In this document: in pieces, positions 44,389 to 55,642 of the stretch
Position numbering within the stretch: the stretch's first letter is position 1
Layout of the letters: each line of letters opens with the position of its first letter
Source of the DNA: Actinobacteria bacterium UBA4426
GTDB taxonomy: Bacteria; Actinomycetota; Actinomycetes; S36-B12
Length of the DNA stretch: 64,000 nt
Direction of reading: 5' to 3'
NCBI GenBank assembly: GCA_002390705.1
Contig: DGQA01000038.1
Span: 9,185-73,184 of the forward strand
Position numbers and translations under genes: made by a program
The notes under the pieces: generated by a model
Told to the model about the DNA's origin: nothing
The model's database searches: none
What the model saw: the letters and a program-made list of their open reading frames with translations, nothing else

Positions 44389-44829
44389 TTAGAGTTCGGT
44401 TACCGACCCACCCGCGGCAACGATCTTGTCACGAGCAGCGCCAGAGAATTTATCTGCACTCACATTAACCTTTACTGAAATATCGCCCAGCCCCAGTACC
44501 TTGACCAGCTCGCCCTTGCGGACAGCGCCAGAAGCTACCAAATCAGCAACACCAATGGTGCCACCTTCAGGGAACAATTTTTCAATCGCGGCTACGTTAA
44601 CAACCTGGTAGACCTTAGTATTCGGGCTGGTAAAGCCTTTGAGCTTGGGCAGGCGCATGTGAAGTGGCATTTGCCCACCCTCAAAACCAGCCTTCACCTG
44701 ATAACGAGCCTTCGTACCCTTGGTTCCACGGCCTGCAGTCTTACCCTTGGATCCCTCGCCTCGACCCTTACGAGTCTTGGCTGTCTTAGCGCCCGGTGCC
44801 GGGCGTAGGTGGTGAACTTTCAGTGTCAT
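44389..44829 (-). CDS. rplO: 50S ribosomal protein L15
   Basis: 146 aa. Gly/Lys-rich N-terminus [17 protein letters not shown] and [10 protein letters not shown]. Confidence 0.97.
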   Translation of the reverse strand: MTLKVHHLRPAPGAKTAKTRKGRGEGSKGKTAGRGTKGTKARYQVKAGFEGGQMPLHMRLPKLKGFTSPNTKVYQVVNVAAIEKLFPEGGTIGVADLVASGAVRKGELVKVLGLGDISVKVNVSADKFSGAARDKIVAAGGSVTEL

Positions 44830-44831
44830 AA

Positions 44832-45014
44832 TTATTTGACCTCCTCGACAACAACCAGGTGCGAGACGGTGTTTACCATTCCGCGGAACTCTGGGCGGTC
44901 TTCTTTAACCACGGTGTGACCGATTCGCTTCAAGCCGAGTGAACGCAAGGTGTTGCGCTGAGTACTCGTGCCGCCAATCTCTGACTTTATCTGAGTGACT
45001 TTAATCGACGCCAT
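44832..45014 (-). CDS. rpmD: 50S ribosomal protein L30
   Basis: 60 aa. [28 protein letters not shown] is canonical L30. Confidence 0.96.
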   Translation of the reverse strand: MASIKVTQIKSEIGGTSTQRNTLRSLGLKRIGHTVVKEDRPEFRGMVNTVSHLVVVEEVK

Positions 45015-45607
45015 TACGCACCCGCCCCTGCCGCGCGAGCCCGCAGCAGTGCTGCCGGTGCCACATCTTCTAGAGGTAGTCCACGGCGAGCCGCGACCGC
45101 TTCTGGAGACTCAAGTCCGCGAAGAGCAACAACCGTTGCATGCACAACGTTAATGGCATTGTCAGACCCCAATGACTTGCTCAGAATGTCGCGAATACCA
45201 GCGCACTCCAACACTGCACGCACCGGGCCCCCAGCGATAACGCCTGTACCAGGTGCCGCTGGGCGCAGCATGACTACGCCGGCAGCAGATTCACCCTTGA
45301 TTGGGTGGGGGATTGTTCCTTGGATGCGGGGAACTTTAAAAAAGCTTCTCTTGGCTTCTTCAACACCCTTAGCAATCGCTGCAGGAACTTCCTTCGCTTT
45401 GCCGTAGCCAACACCAACGTTTCCGTCACCGTCACCAACGATCACAAGAGCCGTGAAGCTAAAGCGACGACCACCCTTCACCACCTTAGAAACGCGGTTA
45501 ATAGCAACTACGCGCTCCAGTAAATTTGACTTCTCCTCGCGAGGGCCTCGATCTTTACGATCTCGACGCTCGCCTCCGCCACCAGTGCGGCGCGACGTAT
45601 CAGACAT
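45014..45607 (-). CDS. rpsE: 30S ribosomal protein S5
   Basis: 197 aa. [25 protein letters not shown] is canonical S5, with a basic N-terminal extension. Confidence 0.97.
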   Translation of the reverse strand: MSDTSRRTGGGGERRDRKDRGPREEKSNLLERVVAINRVSKVVKGGRRFSFTALVIVGDGDGNVGVGYGKAKEVPAAIAKGVEEAKRSFFKVPRIQGTIPHPIKGESAAGVVMLRPAAPGTGVIAGGPVRAVLECAGIRDILSKSLGSDNAINVVHATVVALRGLESPEAVAARRGLPLEDVAPAALLRARAAGAGA

Positions 45608-45631
45608 TATTACCTCTTCCCGATCGAAAAA

Positions 45632-46015
45632 TTAAAAGTTGAGTCCGCCTTCGCGAGCGCCCTCAGCGAGAGCGGCTACGCGACCGTGGTACTTATGGCC
45701 ACCGCGGTCAAAGACCACTGTGTCTATTCCAGCTTTTTGTGCGCGCGCAGCAAGTTCGTTTCCGACCTTACGTGCTTTAGCCGTCTTATCACCATCGGCA
45801 ACTCGTAGGTCGCTCTCCATGGTGGAAGCAGCGGCCAAGGTCACACCCTGTACATCGTCTACTAATTGTGCAGAAACGTGACGGGCAGACCGGCTGACCA
45901 CCAAACGGGGTCTCATGACCGTACCCGAAACCTTCTTGCGAACGCGAAGGTGGCGACGCTTGCGGCCAACGGCGGTCTTGCTGCCTGAGCCAAGCTTGGG
46001 GGCAAAGGAACTCAT
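45632..46015 (-). CDS. rplR: 50S ribosomal protein L18
   Basis: 127 aa. [20 protein letters not shown]...[26 protein letters not shown] is canonical L18. Confidence 0.97.
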   Translation of the reverse strand: MSSFAPKLGSGSKTAVGRKRRHLRVRKKVSGTVMRPRLVVSRSARHVSAQLVDDVQGVTLAAASTMESDLRVADGDKTAKARKVGNELAARAQKAGIDTVVFDRGGHKYHGRVAALAEGAREGGLNF

Positions 46016-46551
46016 TACTTACCAGCCTTTCCGGCCTTGCGACGGACAACTTCGCCCTCGTAGCGAACACCCTTACCCTTGTATGGCTCTGGCTTACGGA
46101 TCTTGCGGATATTGGCAGCGACTTCGCCTACCTTCTGCTTGTCAATACCGATCACCGTGAACTTCACGGGTGACTCCACCGCAAAAGTGATTCCCTGCGG
46201 TGCGGTCACGACAACAGGATGACTAAAGCCCAAGGCAAATTCTAGATTATTGCCATTTGCAGCAACCCGGTAACCGGTCCCCACAATTTCCAGAGTCTTT
46301 TCATAGCCTGTAGTGACGCCAATGACCATGTTTGAAATCAGAGTTCGACTCAAACCATGCAGGGACCGCGACTCGCGCTCGTCATCTGGTCTGGTGACAA
46401 TAATTTCCTCGCCAACCTGGCTGATCGCAATGGGTTCAGAAATAGTGATCGCCAACGAACCCTTAGGCCCAACAATCGCAATATCTTGGCCATTAATCGT
46501 GGCTGTTACTCCCGCAGGCACCGGGACTGGTGCGCGTCCGATACGTGACAT
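46015..46551 (-). CDS. rplF: 50S ribosomal protein L6
   Basis: ATG 46551 (MSRIGRAPV) is preceded by GGAGGAG directly after the rpsH stop. The ORF-track start at 46566 overlaps rpsH. Confidence 0.97.
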   Translation of the reverse strand: MSRIGRAPVPVPAGVTATINGQDIAIVGPKGSLAITISEPIAISQVGEEIIVTRPDDERESRSLHGLSRTLISNMVIGVTTGYEKTLEIVGTGYRVAANGNNLEFALGFSHPVVVTAPQGITFAVESPVKFTVIGIDKQKVGEVAANIRKIRKPEPYKGKGVRYEGEVVRRKAGKAGK

Positions 46552-46559
46552 TGCTCCTC

Positions 46560-46958
46560 CTACCAAACGTAGGCGAGGACTTCCCCACCTACGCCTTTCT
46601 TCGCGGCCTGGCGGTCAGTGAGCAACCCGGTCGAGGTGGACAAAATGGCAATGCCTAGGCCGCCGAGAACCTTGGGAAGATTGGTGCTCTTTGCGTAGAC
46701 TCGCAGACCTGGTTTGGACACCCGGCGTAATCCTGCTATTGAGCGCTCTCTCGAAAGACCGTATTTAAGGTTGAGTGTGAGGGTCATACCTACTTCTGCA
46801 TCTGCAACGTCGAAACTAGCGATGTAACCCTGTTCCTTCAAGATCTCGGCGATGTTCGCCTTGATCTTGGAGTGTGGCATGGACACGGTTTCGTGATATG
46901 CCGAATTTGCGTTACGCAGACGTGCAAGCATGTCTGCGATCGGATCTGTCATTGTCAT
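46560..46958 (-). CDS. rpsH: 30S ribosomal protein S8
   Basis: 132 aa. [14 protein letters not shown]-terminus and C-terminal GGEVLAYVW. Confidence 0.98.
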   Translation of the reverse strand: MTMTDPIADMLARLRNANSAYHETVSMPHSKIKANIAEILKEQGYIASFDVADAEVGMTLTLNLKYGLSRERSIAGLRRVSKPGLRVYAKSTNLPKVLGGLGIAILSTSTGLLTDRQAAKKGVGGEVLAYVW

Positions 46959-47021
46959 GGCCGCTTGGCCTTCCTCGCCGTGGTTTCTTCGGTGGTTACC
47001 GAAGACCTGCAGCGTCGTTGT

Positions 47022-47207
47022 TTACCAGGAACTTTTTGTTACACCGGGTAGTTCGCCAGCATGTGCCATCTCACGTAAGCAAATGCGGCACAAGCCGAAC
47101 TTACGGTAGACCGAGTGTGGACGTCCACACCGGTTGCACCGGGTGTATCCCCGCACCTTGAACTTCGGTGTTTTCTGCTGCTTTTGGATCAGAGCTTTCT
47201 TCGCCAT
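47022..47207 (-). CDS. rpsN: 30S ribosomal protein S14, type Z (zinc-binding)
   Basis: 61 aa. CNRCGR...CRIC zinc ribbon and C-terminal KSSW. Confidence 0.97.
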   Translation of the reverse strand: MAKKALIQKQQKTPKFKVRGYTRCNRCGRPHSVYRKFGLCRICLREMAHAGELPGVTKSSW

Positions 47208-47211
47208 GTGC

Positions 47212-47769
47212 TCAAGCCTCCTTAAATGGGAATCCGAGAAGCCGGAGCAGCGCTCGACCTTCGTCGTTGTTCTTGGCGGTGGTTACCACCGTGATGTCCA
47301 TGCCGCGAGTGCGGTCAATCTTATCCTGATCGATTTCGTGAAACATGGATTGCTCCGTCAAACCAAACGTGTAGTTTCCGTTGCCATCAAATTGTTTTGC
47401 AGACAGACCCCGGAAGTCACGGATACGCGGGAGCGAGGTGCTGAGCAGGCGATCGAGGAACTCCCACATGCGGTCGCCACGAAGTGTGACGTGTGCACCA
47501 ATCGGTTGTCCCTCACGCAATTTAAATTGAGCGATGGAAACCCTAGCCTTGGTCACCTGTGGCTTTTGACCCGTGATGTCGGTGAGGTCGCGGACCGCGC
47601 CTTCAATCAACTTGGAGTCGCGAGCAGCCTCGCCGACACCCATGTTGACCACAATCTTGGTCAGGCCTGGGACCTGCATGATGTTCCCGTAGCTGAATTC
47701 CTTCTTAAGTTCAGGAACGATTTCTTCACGGTAACGAGCCTTCAATCGAGGCGTTGTTGCAGTAGTCAT
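47212..47769 (-). CDS. rplE: 50S ribosomal protein L5
   Basis: 185 aa. [19 protein letters not shown]...NMGVGEA is canonical L5. Confidence 0.98.
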   Translation of the reverse strand: MTTATTPRLKARYREEIVPELKKEFSYGNIMQVPGLTKIVVNMGVGEAARDSKLIEGAVRDLTDITGQKPQVTKARVSIAQFKLREGQPIGAHVTLRGDRMWEFLDRLLSTSLPRIRDFRGLSAKQFDGNGNYTFGLTEQSMFHEIDQDKIDRTRGMDITVVTTAKNNDEGRALLRLLGFPFKEA

Positions 47770-47784
47770 GATTGCTTATCCGTC

Positions 47785-48147
47785 CTAGATCTCTTTGCCG
47801 GTGCGGCGTGAAATACGCACGCTGCGCTCTGCTTCGTAGGTCGAACCGTCTGCGCGACGCTTCTCAACTTTTTCTCGGGTGAACCCAACCCGGGTGGCTT
47901 TGCCGTCTTCTGGATCAACCAGCATCACGTTGGAGACATGAACCGGGGCTTCAGTGGTGATGATTCCGCCACTCTTAGCGCCACGTGCGTCTTGGCCAAC
48001 CTTGGTGTGCTTCTTGATCCGGTTAACACCCTCGACGATGAGTTTGTCTGCTTCGGGATACACGTCAATGACTTTGCCCTGTATGCCACGATCTTTACCT
48101 GAAATCACCAGGACGGTATCGCCTTTGCGAATCTTTAACTTCGGCAT
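47785..48147 (-). CDS. rplX: 50S ribosomal protein L24
   Basis: 120 aa. [25 protein letters not shown] motif. Confidence 0.97.
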   Translation of the reverse strand: MPKLKIRKGDTVLVISGKDRGIQGKVIDVYPEADKLIVEGVNRIKKHTKVGQDARGAKSGGIITTEAPVHVSNVMLVDPEDGKATRVGFTREKVEKRRADGSTYEAERSVRISRRTGKEI

Positions 48148-48515
48148 TACAACACCTCCGGTGCTAGCGAAATAATCTTCATGAATTTTTTCTCGCGCAA
48201 TTCGCGACCGACCGGGCCGAAAATCCGGGTTCCACGTGGATCGCCATCAGCTTTAAGAATCACTGCGGCGTTCTCGTCGAAACGAATATAGGAGCCATCG
48301 GGGCGGCGGCGCTCTTTTTTCGTGCGCACGATCACTGCCTTCACAACCTCACCTTTTTTCACGCCCCCGCCAGGAATTGCATCCTTGACGGTGGCGACGA
48401 TGATGTCGCCGATGCCTGCGTAACGGCGGCCGGAACCGCCAAGTACGCGAATACACAAGATTTCCTTGGCACCCGTGTTGTCCGCAACGCGTAGTCGCGA
48501 CTCTTGCTGAATCAC
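48147..48515 (-). CDS. rplN: 50S ribosomal protein L14
   Basis: 122 aa. [18 protein letters not shown] is canonical L14. Confidence 0.98.
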   Translation of the reverse strand: MIQQESRLRVADNTGAKEILCIRVLGGSGRRYAGIGDIIVATVKDAIPGGGVKKGEVVKAVIVRTKKERRRPDGSYIRFDENAAVILKADGDPRGTRIFGPVGRELREKKFMKIISLAPEVL

Positions 48516-48576
48516 TTCATTCTCCTGATCGTCTGCTGGTCCTCACCACTTACTGTGGTGAGCCTTGCGGAACTTC

Positions 48577-48849
48577 TTACTTGGCCTTTTCAAGAATCTC
48601 GACCACACGCCAGCGCTTCGTTGCTGACAGTGGACGGGTTTCCATGAGAAGTACTCGGTCACCGATACCTGCGGTTTCGGCCTCGTCATGTGCCTTGAGC
48701 TTATTCGTTCGGCGCACAACCTTGCCATACAACGGGTGCTTGTAGCGGTCTTCGACTGCAACAACAACCGTCTTTTGCATCTTGTCGCTTACGACAAGGC
48801 CCTCACGGACCTTGCGATCGCCACGCTCATTTTGCGTACCAGCGGTCAT
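48577..48849 (-). CDS. rpsQ: 30S ribosomal protein S17
   Basis: 90 aa. [27 protein letters not shown] is canonical S17. Confidence 0.97.
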   Translation of the reverse strand: MTAGTQNERGDRKVREGLVVSDKMQKTVVVAVEDRYKHPLYGKVVRRTNKLKAHDEAETAGIGDRVLLMETRPLSATKRWRVVEILEKAK

Positions 48850-49082
48850 GCGGCACCTTCCTCACCCTCAACGGGCGTGATGCCCAATTCACGTTCGCGC
48901 AGGATCGTGTAGATCCGAGCGATATCCTTGCGCACAGCGCGCAACCGACCATGGTTCTCTAACTGCCCAGTTGCACCTTGGAAGCGTAGATTGAACAACT
49001 CTTCCTTGGATTCACGCAGTTTTTCTGTGAGTTCTGCATCGTCTAGATTGCGCAGTTCACCTGTTGCTGTACCAGCGGCCAT
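48846..49082 (-). CDS. rpmC: 50S ribosomal protein L29
   Basis: 78 aa. [16 protein letters not shown] motif. Position between rplP and rpsQ. Confidence 0.96.
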   Translation of the reverse strand: MAAGTATGELRNLDDAELTEKLRESKEELFNLRFQGATGQLENHGRLRAVRKDIARIYTILRERELGITPVEGEEGAA

Positions 49083-49504
49083 TAGTCTTCACCTGTTTCA
49101 TCGCGCCGAACAATCCGACACTTCATTGGGAGTTTGTGCATTGCACGGGTTAACGCCTCGTGTGCGACCTTCTCGTCCGGGTAGGACAGTTCGAACATGA
49201 CGCGACCCGGCTTGACGTTGGCCACCCACCATTCAGGAGAGCCCTTACCGGAACCCATGCGGGTCTCAGCTGGCTTCTTCGTGAGAGGGCGGTCTGGATA
49301 AATGTTGATCCACACCTTGCCACCACGGCGAATGTGACGCGTGATTGCAATACGTGATGCTTCGATCTGCCGGTTGGTTACGTAAGCAGGCTCGAGCGCC
49401 TGCAAGCCGTAGGTGCCGAAAGTTACTTTGGTGCCACCCTTTGCCACACCGCGACGGGTTGGGTGGTGCTGCTTACGATGCTTGACGCGACGGGGAATCA
49501 ACAT
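49082..49504 (-). CDS. rplP: 50S ribosomal protein L16
   Basis: 140 aa. [13 protein letters not shown] is canonical L16. Confidence 0.98.
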   Translation of the reverse strand: MLIPRRVKHRKQHHPTRRGVAKGGTKVTFGTYGLQALEPAYVTNRQIEASRIAITRHIRRGGKVWINIYPDRPLTKKPAETRMGSGKGSPEWWVANVKPGRVMFELSYPDEKVAHEALTRAMHKLPMKCRIVRRDETGED

Positions 49505-49506
49505 GA

Positions 49507-50328
49507 CTAACCCTCCGTGCTTTCTACTGTGACCGTGGGATCAACGGCGACCTCAGCGGCGACCTCAGCGACAGTTGCCACTGCGACAGCTGCTTCAGCT
49601 CCATCTTCGCGGCGTGGACGCTCATTTGGCTTATTACGCGTGGCACCCATACGAGCGGTTGCCGCAGCTGCCTCGCGCTCAGACCGCGTTGGCAGTGCCT
49701 CACCCTTGTAGATCCAGACCTTCACTCCGATCCGACCAAATGTGGTGCGCGATTCGTAAAAACCGTAATCGATGTCTGCGCGCAAAGTGTGCAATGGAAC
49801 ACGGCCTTCGCGGTAGAACTCGGTGCGAGACATTTCAGCGCCACCGAGGCGACCACTGACTTGGACTCGGATACCTTTTGCTCCAGCCTTCATCGCACTC
49901 TGCATGCCTTTACGCATTGCGCGTCTGAATGAAACACGACTTGAAAGTTGCTCCGCAATCCCCTGAGCCACGAGTTGTGATTCCATTTCAGGATTCTTCA
50001 CTTCAAGGATGTTCAGCTGAACTTGCTTGCCGGTCAGAGTCTCAAGGTCGCCACGCAAACGGTCTGCTTCAGCACCGCGACGACCAATCACGATTCCAGG
50101 ACGAGCCGTGTGAATGTCTACGCGGACGCGATCGCGGGTGCGCTCGATCTCAACCTTGGCGATTCCCGCACGTTCCATACCTTTGCTGAGCACTTTGCGA
50201 ATAGCGACGTCCTCTTGCACGTAGTCGCTGTAGCGCTGGCCCTTCTTCGTGCTGTCAGCGAACCACCGTGAGGTGAAGTCCGTTGTAATACCTAGGCGGA
50301 AGCCATGCGGATTAACTTTTTGACCCAT
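49507..50328 (-). CDS. rpsC: 30S ribosomal protein S3
   Basis: 273 aa. [13 protein letters not shown] and a KH domain. Ala/Glu/Val-rich C-terminal extension. Confidence 0.98.
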   Translation of the reverse strand: MGQKVNPHGFRLGITTDFTSRWFADSTKKGQRYSDYVQEDVAIRKVLSKGMERAGIAKVEIERTRDRVRVDIHTARPGIVIGRRGAEADRLRGDLETLTGKQVQLNILEVKNPEMESQLVAQGIAEQLSSRVSFRRAMRKGMQSAMKAGAKGIRVQVSGRLGGAEMSRTEFYREGRVPLHTLRADIDYGFYESRTTFGRIGVKVWIYKGEALPTRSEREAAAATARMGATRNKPNERPRREDGAEAAVAVATVAEVAAEVAVDPTVTVESTEG

Positions 50329-50331
50329 GGT

Positions 50332-50982
50332 TTAGCCCTCCTTCTTGGTGGTCTTAGGGGCTGCAGCCTTCTTGGCCGGCGCCTTCTTCGCGGCAGCCTT
50401 CTTGGCCGGCGCCTTCTTCGCGGCAGCCTTCTTGGCCGGCGCCTTCTTCGCGGCAGCCTTCTTGGCCGACTCAGCCTTCTTCTCTGCAGATTTCTTGGCC
50501 GGCGCCTTCTTTGCAGGCGCCTTCTTCGCGGCAGCCTTCTTGGCCGGCGCTTCACTCACTTGGGTCTCGTTAATTTCCTCGACCTTCGGAGCCGGTGCCG
50601 CCTTAGGACCTTTGGCAGGCTTCGTGGGGCGCGAGATCTTGGGCATTGCAACGCCGTCAGAGACGATCACCGTGATGTGGGAGCTACGCTTAAGGATACG
50701 AAAAGCTCGACCTTGTGCGCGGGGGCGGATGCGCTTCATAGTGGGGCCTTCATCAACAAAAGCTTCACTGATGGTGAGTTCCTTGGCATCCATGCCGTGG
50801 TTATTCGCCGCATTAGCCACCGCACTCGCGAGCGTTTTGCCCACGGGTTCGCTAGCTGCTTGCGGGGCGAACCGCAGCATGGCCTGGGCATCGTCGGCTT
50901 TCATCCCACGAATGAGATCAACAACCCGACGTGCCTTCATGGGCGTCACGCGGACGTACCGCGCCTGGGCCCTGGCTTCCAT
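50332..50982 (-). CDS. rplV: 50S ribosomal protein L22 with ~90-aa Ala/Lys/Pro-rich C-terminal tail
   Basis: 216 aa. The N-terminal ~125 aa are canonical L22 ([20 protein letters not shown]...[15 protein letters not shown]). The remainder is ([10 protein letters not shown])n-like. Confidence 0.97.
   Translation of the reverse strand: MEARAQARYVRVTPMKARRVVDLIRGMKADDAQAMLRFAPQAASEPVGKTLASAVANAANNHGMDAKELTISEAFVDEGPTMKRIRPRAQGRAFRILKRSSHITVIVSDGVAMPKISRPTKPAKGPKAAPAPKVEEINETQVSEAPAKKAAAKKAPAKKAPAKKSAEKKAESAKKAAAKKAPAKKAAAKKAPAKKAAAKKAPAKKAAAPKTTKKEG
50363..50468. repeat. Perfect 30-bp tandem repeat, about 3.5 copies, inside rplV
   Basis: The unit agccttcttggccggcgccttcttcgcggc recurs without mismatch at 50365, 50395 and 50425, with a partial copy from 50455. 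A diverged copy lies at about 50499-50550. The unit is in frame (10 codons). Confidence 0.9.
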
Positions 50983-51087
50983 CGCTTTCCCCTTGCTTCT
51001 CGTTATTGCTACATTAATAAAAACTATTTGGTTTTCAGATGCCCACCGAGTTCACGGTAAGGCAGGTCTTGCCCTTCAGGATATGTC

Positions 51088-51369
51088 TTAACGGCGCTTT
51101 GCCTTACGGTCGTCCTTGACGTGACCCCGGAATGTGCGTGTGGGTGAGAACTCCCCCAGTTTGTGACCGACCATGTCTTCGGAGATGAACACGGGCACGT
51201 GCTTACGCCCATCGTGCACCGCAATGGTGTGCCCGAGCATCGCCGGGACCACCATTGAGCGACGTGACCAAGTCTTGATCACACCCTTTGAACCCGATTC
51301 GTTTTGGGCATCTACCTTCTTGAGTAGATGACCGTCAATGAACGGCCCTTTTTTCAGACTGCGTGGCAT
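51088..51369 (-). CDS. rpsS: 30S ribosomal protein S19
   Basis: 93 aa. [19 protein letters not shown] is canonical S19. Confidence 0.98.
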   Translation of the reverse strand: MPRSLKKGPFIDGHLLKKVDAQNESGSKGVIKTWSRRSMVVPAMLGHTIAVHDGRKHVPVFISEDMVGHKLGEFSPTRTFRGHVKDDRKAKRR

Positions 51370-51384
51370 GTTTTACCGCTTTCC

Positions 51385-52221
51385 TTAACGCTTCTTGCCG
51401 GACTTGCGACGACGTACAATGAATTGATCGCTGGCCTTATTTTTCTTCCGAGTGCGACCTTCTGCCTTACCGCCAGGGTTGACGGGGTGACGACCACCGG
51501 ACGTCTTACCCTCGCCACCACCATGCGGGTGGTCGACCGGGTTCATGGCCACACCGCGAACGGTTGGGCGCCTACCCTTCCAACGCATCCGGCCTGCTTT
51601 TCCCCAGTTGATGTTTGACTGCTCAGCGTTACCCACTTCACCGATGGTCGCACGTGAGCGCACATCGACGTTACGAATCTCTCCCGAAGGCATCCGGAGC
51701 TGGGCGAATGCGCCTTCTTTTGCTACGAGCTGGACGCCCGCACCGGCAGAACGCGCAATTTTCGCGCCTCCCCCGGGCTTGAGCTCAATTGCGTGAATCA
51801 CGGTTCCCACCGGGATGTTGCGCATTGGCAGACAGTTGCCGGGCTTGATGTCGGCACTTGCACCAGTTTCAATGCGGTCGCCCTGCTTCAACTTATTCGG
51901 GGCGATGATGTATCGCTTTTCACCATCGGCGTAGTGCAAAAGAGCGATGCGAGCCGTGCGGTTTGGGTCGTATTCGATGTGCGCGACCGTTGCGGGTACG
52001 CCATCTTTGTCAGCTCGCTTAAAGTCAATAAGTCGGTAGGCACGCTTATGGCCACCGCCTCTGTGACGGGTTGTGATCTTGCCGGAGTTGTTGCGGCCAC
52101 CCTTTTTAGGAAGTGGACGCAGCAATGACTTCTCAGGCTCAGACCGGGTTATTTCAGAGAAGTCGGCCACACTTGAACCACGACGGCCCGGTGTAGTCGG
52201 CTTGTACTTACGGATACCCAT
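51385..52221 (-). CDS. rplB: 50S ribosomal protein L2
   Basis: ATG 52221 gives [15 protein letters not shown], with DHPHGGGEG present. The 54-codon extension in the ORF track overlaps rplW and is not L2-like. Confidence 0.98.
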   Translation of the reverse strand: MGIRKYKPTTPGRRGSSVADFSEITRSEPEKSLLRPLPKKGGRNNSGKITTRHRGGGHKRAYRLIDFKRADKDGVPATVAHIEYDPNRTARIALLHYADGEKRYIIAPNKLKQGDRIETGASADIKPGNCLPMRNIPVGTVIHAIELKPGGGAKIARSAGAGVQLVAKEGAFAQLRMPSGEIRNVDVRSRATIGEVGNAEQSNINWGKAGRMRWKGRRPTVRGVAMNPVDHPHGGGEGKTSGGRHPVNPGGKAEGRTRKKNKASDQFIVRRRKSGKKR

Positions 52222-52264
52222 TTTCGTCTCTCGTTTCGTTGTTTCTCGGTTTCCCTGGGCCCCG

Positions 52265-52564
52265 TTAGGAGACCGGGCCGCCAAATATGTCGATGCGATC
52301 GCCTGCTGCAACAGAAACAATCGCACGCTTTGTTGCAGCTTTGCGACCAAATCCAGAGCGGGTGCGTACGCGCTTGCCTTCACGATTCATGGTGTTAACA
52401 CTTGTCACCTTGACACCGAATACTTCTTCGACCGCGATCTTGATCTGGGTCTTATTCGCACTAGGAGAAACAATGAAGGTGTACTTGTTTTGATCAAGAA
52501 GCCCATAAGCTTTCTCAGAGACAACCGGTGAGATCAAGATGTCACGTGGGTCTGCGATTCTCAT
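52265..52564 (-). CDS. rplW: 50S ribosomal protein L23
   Basis: 99 aa. [16 protein letters not shown]...[26 protein letters not shown] is canonical L23. Confidence 0.97.
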   Translation of the reverse strand: MRIADPRDILISPVVSEKAYGLLDQNKYTFIVSPSANKTQIKIAVEEVFGVKVTSVNTMNREGKRVRTRSGFGRKAATKRAIVSVAAGDRIDIFGGPVS

Positions 52565-53235
52565 GCTTCTACCTCGCTTTCGGTGGCAACTGCTTTAGCG
52601 CCTTTACCCTTGGCTGGACCGGCCACGAATGTTTCATACGCCCCTTGGGTGAACACCAAATGATCACTGATGAGCACGTCGTAGGTGTTGAGCTGATCAG
52701 GTGCCACAATCGCAACGTCTCCGAGATTGCGCAGTGACAACCACGCCACTGCTTCTTCGCGGGTAAGTACGATCAAAATCTGGCCCTCAATATTTAGTGC
52801 CTTAAGTGTTGCAGTTGCACCTTTTGTTGACGGCAAGTCTCCACTGACTAATTCAGACACAATGTGAATTCGTCCTTCACGTGCCCGATCTGACAGTGCA
52901 CCGCGCAGTGCCGCCGATTTCATCTTCTTTGGTGTGCGCTGTTCATATGAACGCGGTTGAGGTCCGTGGCTGATTCCACCGCCGGCGAACTGGGGTGCGC
53001 GAATCGAACCTTGACGGGCACGACCCGTTCCTTTCTGCTTATAGGGTTTGCGGCCACCACCACTCACCTCGGCTCGGGTCTTGGTCGAGTGGGTTCCTTG
53101 GCGTGCCGCAGCAAGCTGGGCGACAACCACCTGGTGAATCAAGGGAATATTGACCGGAACATCGAAGACTTCAGCGGGCAACTCAATTTTGCCTGACGCT
53201 TTCCCTTCTGGGGTCATAATGTCGACTGAGCTCAC
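52561..53235 (-). CDS. rplD: 50S ribosomal protein L4
   Basis: 224 aa. [29 protein letters not shown] is canonical L4. Confidence 0.98.
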   Translation of the reverse strand: MSSVDIMTPEGKASGKIELPAEVFDVPVNIPLIHQVVVAQLAAARQGTHSTKTRAEVSGGGRKPYKQKGTGRARQGSIRAPQFAGGGISHGPQPRSYEQRTPKKMKSAALRGALSDRAREGRIHIVSELVSGDLPSTKGATATLKALNIEGQILIVLTREEAVAWLSLRNLGDVAIVAPDQLNTYDVLISDHLVFTQGAYETFVAGPAKGKGAKAVATESEVEA

Positions 53236-53882
53236 AGCTGGACCTCCTTAGCCGCCGAGTGAATAAACACTATGCCGCCCTTAGAGCCAGGAATTGCACC
53301 CTTGATCAGGATCAATCCACGCTCAATGTCGACTGCTTGGACCTTCAAATTTTGCGTGGTTTGGCGATCTCCACCCATACGCCCAGCCATTTTCTTTCCC
53401 TTAAAAACGCGACCCGGCGTTGCACAGGCACCGATTGATCCAGCACTGCGGTGTGCGCGCTTGACCCCATGGGAAGCACGGAGGCCGTGGAAACCATGGC
53501 GCTTCATTACCCCGGCAAAACCTTTACCCTTTGTGGTGCCGACGACGTCGACCACCTGCCCGGTCTCGAAAATTCCTGCGGTGAGCTCTTGCCCGAGGAT
53601 GTACTCGGAGGCATCGGGGGTACGTACTTCAATAATGTGGCGGCGGGGGGTGACCCCGGCTTTTGCGAAATGACCTGCATCTGGCTTGTTGACCTTTCGC
53701 GGGTCAATCGCACCAAATGCGATTTGTATCGCGGAATAGCCGTCTATTTCTGGGGTGCGCACCTGCGTGACGACACTAGGCCCGGCTTGCACAACTGTAA
53801 CGGGAACAACCTTGTTGTTCTCGTCCCATACCTGAGTCATGCCCAGCTTTTCGCCGAGCAATCCCTTGACGTTGTTACTCAT
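53232..53882 (-). CDS. rplC: 50S ribosomal protein L3
   Basis: 216 aa. [14 protein letters not shown]...[15 protein letters not shown] is canonical L3. Confidence 0.98.
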   Translation of the reverse strand: MSNNVKGLLGEKLGMTQVWDENNKVVPVTVVQAGPSVVTQVRTPEIDGYSAIQIAFGAIDPRKVNKPDAGHFAKAGVTPRRHIIEVRTPDASEYILGQELTAGIFETGQVVDVVGTTKGKGFAGVMKRHGFHGLRASHGVKRAHRSAGSIGACATPGRVFKGKKMAGRMGGDRQTTQNLKVQAVDIERGLILIKGAIPGSKGGIVFIHSAAKEVQL

Positions 53883-53915
53883 GGTGTTCAGATCTCCTCT
53901 AAAACTTGATCTCGA

Positions 53916-54224
53916 TTAGAGCTTGATTTCGATGTCGACGCCAGCTGGAAGATCTAGGCGCATCAACGAGTCAACGGTCTTGGGCGTGGGGTCCAGGATG
54001 TCGATTAGTCGCTTGTGGGTGCGCATTTCGAAGTGTTCCCGCGAATCCTTGTACTTGTGTGGTGAACGAATAACGCAGAACACGTTCTTCTCGGTCGGCA
54101 ACGGCACTGGTCCAGCAACCTGTGCACCGGTACGAATGACTGTCTCAACGATTTTGCGCGCCGAGGAGTCAATGATCTCGTGGTCGTAGGCCTTGAGCCT
54201 GATCCGGATCTTCTGTCCCGCCAT
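53916..54224 (-). CDS. rpsJ: 30S ribosomal protein S10
   Basis: 102 aa. [15 protein letters not shown]...GPVPLPT is canonical S10. Confidence 0.98.
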   Translation of the reverse strand: MAGQKIRIRLKAYDHEIIDSSARKIVETVIRTGAQVAGPVPLPTEKNVFCVIRSPHKYKDSREHFEMRTHKRLIDILDPTPKTVDSLMRLDLPAGVDIEIKL

Positions 54225-54301
54225 GGTGGCTTGGTTCCTTACTCGTGTAGTTGCGAATCGAAGTGAAACGCTCTTCGTGTGAAACGTTAACTCGGTGTAC
54301 T

Positions 54302-54334
54302 CGTGGCGGGAACCGGGTCGCGGTGCCCGCCACG
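54302..54334 (-). terminator. Stem-loop downstream of tuf (U-tract-less terminator or attenuator candidate ahead of the S10 operon)
   Basis: 9-bp GC-rich stem cgtggcggg / cccgccacg with a 15-nt loop, 23 nt after the tuf stop. No T-run. Confidence 0.45.
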
Positions 54335-54356
54335 AAGACTCAGTGGTGGTTACGTC

Positions 54357-55553
54357 TTATGTCAGGATCTTCGTTACTCGACCTGCACCAACGGTGCGGC
54401 CACCTTCGCGAATCGCGAAGCGAAGACCATCTTCCATCGCGATTGACTGAATTAGCTCAACGCGCATGTCGGTGTTGTCTCCTGGCATAACCATGTCCTT
54501 GCCGTCTGGCAGGTACACGACGCCGGTAACGTCTGTCGTCCGGAAGTAGAACTGTGGACGGTAGTTGTTGAAGAACGGGGTATGGCGGCCACCTTCATCT
54601 TTCGAAAGAATGTAGACCTGAGCCTCGAATTCGGTGTGAGGTGTGATCGTGCCTGGCTTGCAACACACCTGGCCGCGCTCGACGTCTTCACGCTTGGTTC
54701 CACGAAGGAGTACACCGACGTTTTCGCCTGCTTGACCTTCGTCAAGCAGCTTGCGGAACATTTCGACTCCGGTAACCGTGGTCTTGACCGCAGGTCCTGG
54801 GCGAATTCCAACGATTTCAATTTCCTCGTTGATCTTGACAATTCCACGCTCAATCCGACCGGTAACAACGGTACCGCGGCCAGTGATGGTAAAGACGTCT
54901 TCGATTGGCATGAGGAAGGGCTTGTCAATCTCGCGCTCGGGAGTCGGGATGTAAGAGTCAACCGCGTCCATGAGTTCCATGATCGAAGCACCCCATTTCT
55001 CGTCACCCTGCAGTGCTGGGAAGGCGGCAACGCGAACTACTGGAATGTCGTCACCTGGGAATTCGTACTGGCTTAGCAGTTCACGAACTTCCATTTCGAC
55101 GAGTTCAATGAGTTCTTCATCATCGACCATGTCGCACTTATTGAGTGCTACAACCAGAGATGGCACACCCACTTGGCGAGCAAGGAGAACGTGCTCCTTG
55201 GTCTGGGGCATAGGGCCGTCGGTTGCGGCAACCACGAGGATCGCGCCGTCCATCTGCGCAGCACCGGTGATCATGTTTTTGATGTAGTCAGCGTGACCTG
55301 GACAGTCGACGTGGGCGTAGTGCCGGCCTTCTGTCTGGTACTCAACGTGTGCGATCGAGATCGTGATCCCACGTTGACGCTCTTCAGGGGCCTTGTCGAT
55401 CATGTCGAAAGGCGTGAATGGGTTCACGTCTGGGTAACGATCGTGCAGCACCTTTGTAATAGCAGCAGTCAACGTGGTCTTGCCATGGTCAATATGCCCA
55501 ATGGTGCCGATGTTGATGTGCGGCTTATTCCGCTCAAACTTGGCCTTCGCCAC
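54357..55553 (-). CDS. tuf: Elongation factor Tu
   Basis: GTG 55553 gives (M)[27 protein letters not shown], with DCPGHADY and NKCD. The ORF-track start at 55586 adds 11 non-conserved codons. Confidence 0.98.
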   Translation of the reverse strand: MAKAKFERNKPHINIGTIGHIDHGKTTLTAAITKVLHDRYPDVNPFTPFDMIDKAPEERQRGITISIAHVEYQTEGRHYAHVDCPGHADYIKNMITGAAQMDGAILVVAATDGPMPQTKEHVLLARQVGVPSLVVALNKCDMVDDEELIELVEMEVRELLSQYEFPGDDIPVVRVAAFPALQGDEKWGASIMELMDAVDSYIPTPEREIDKPFLMPIEDVFTITGRGTVVTGRIERGIVKINEEIEIVGIRPGPAVKTTVTGVEMFRKLLDEGQAGENVGVLLRGTKREDVERGQVCCKPGTITPHTEFEAQVYILSKDEGGRHTPFFNNYRPQFYFRTTDVTGVVYLPDGKDMVMPGDNTDMRVELIQSIAMEDGLRFAIREGGRTVGAGRVTKILT

Positions 55554-55642
55554 TTTCGTACTCCCTCTGTTCGTGCCGTCCGGCAAAACGCGGATCGGTT
55601 ATCGGTTCTTTTTCTTCTGTTGTTTTTCTATGTGATCCGCGG

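Noticed and set aside
47134-47811. A 225-aa plus-strand ORF across rpsN and rplE.
   Set aside because: It is antisense to two canonical ribosomal protein genes, has no recognisable motifs and no ribosome-binding site. This is a typical shadow ORF in GC-biased coding DNA.
50305-51091. Two long plus-strand ORFs (251 and 248 aa) antisense to rplV.
   Set aside because: They are mirror images of the Ala/Lys repeat and of conserved L22 coding sequence. Their translations are low-complexity ([20 protein letters not shown] repeats), and rplV on the opposite strand is unambiguous.
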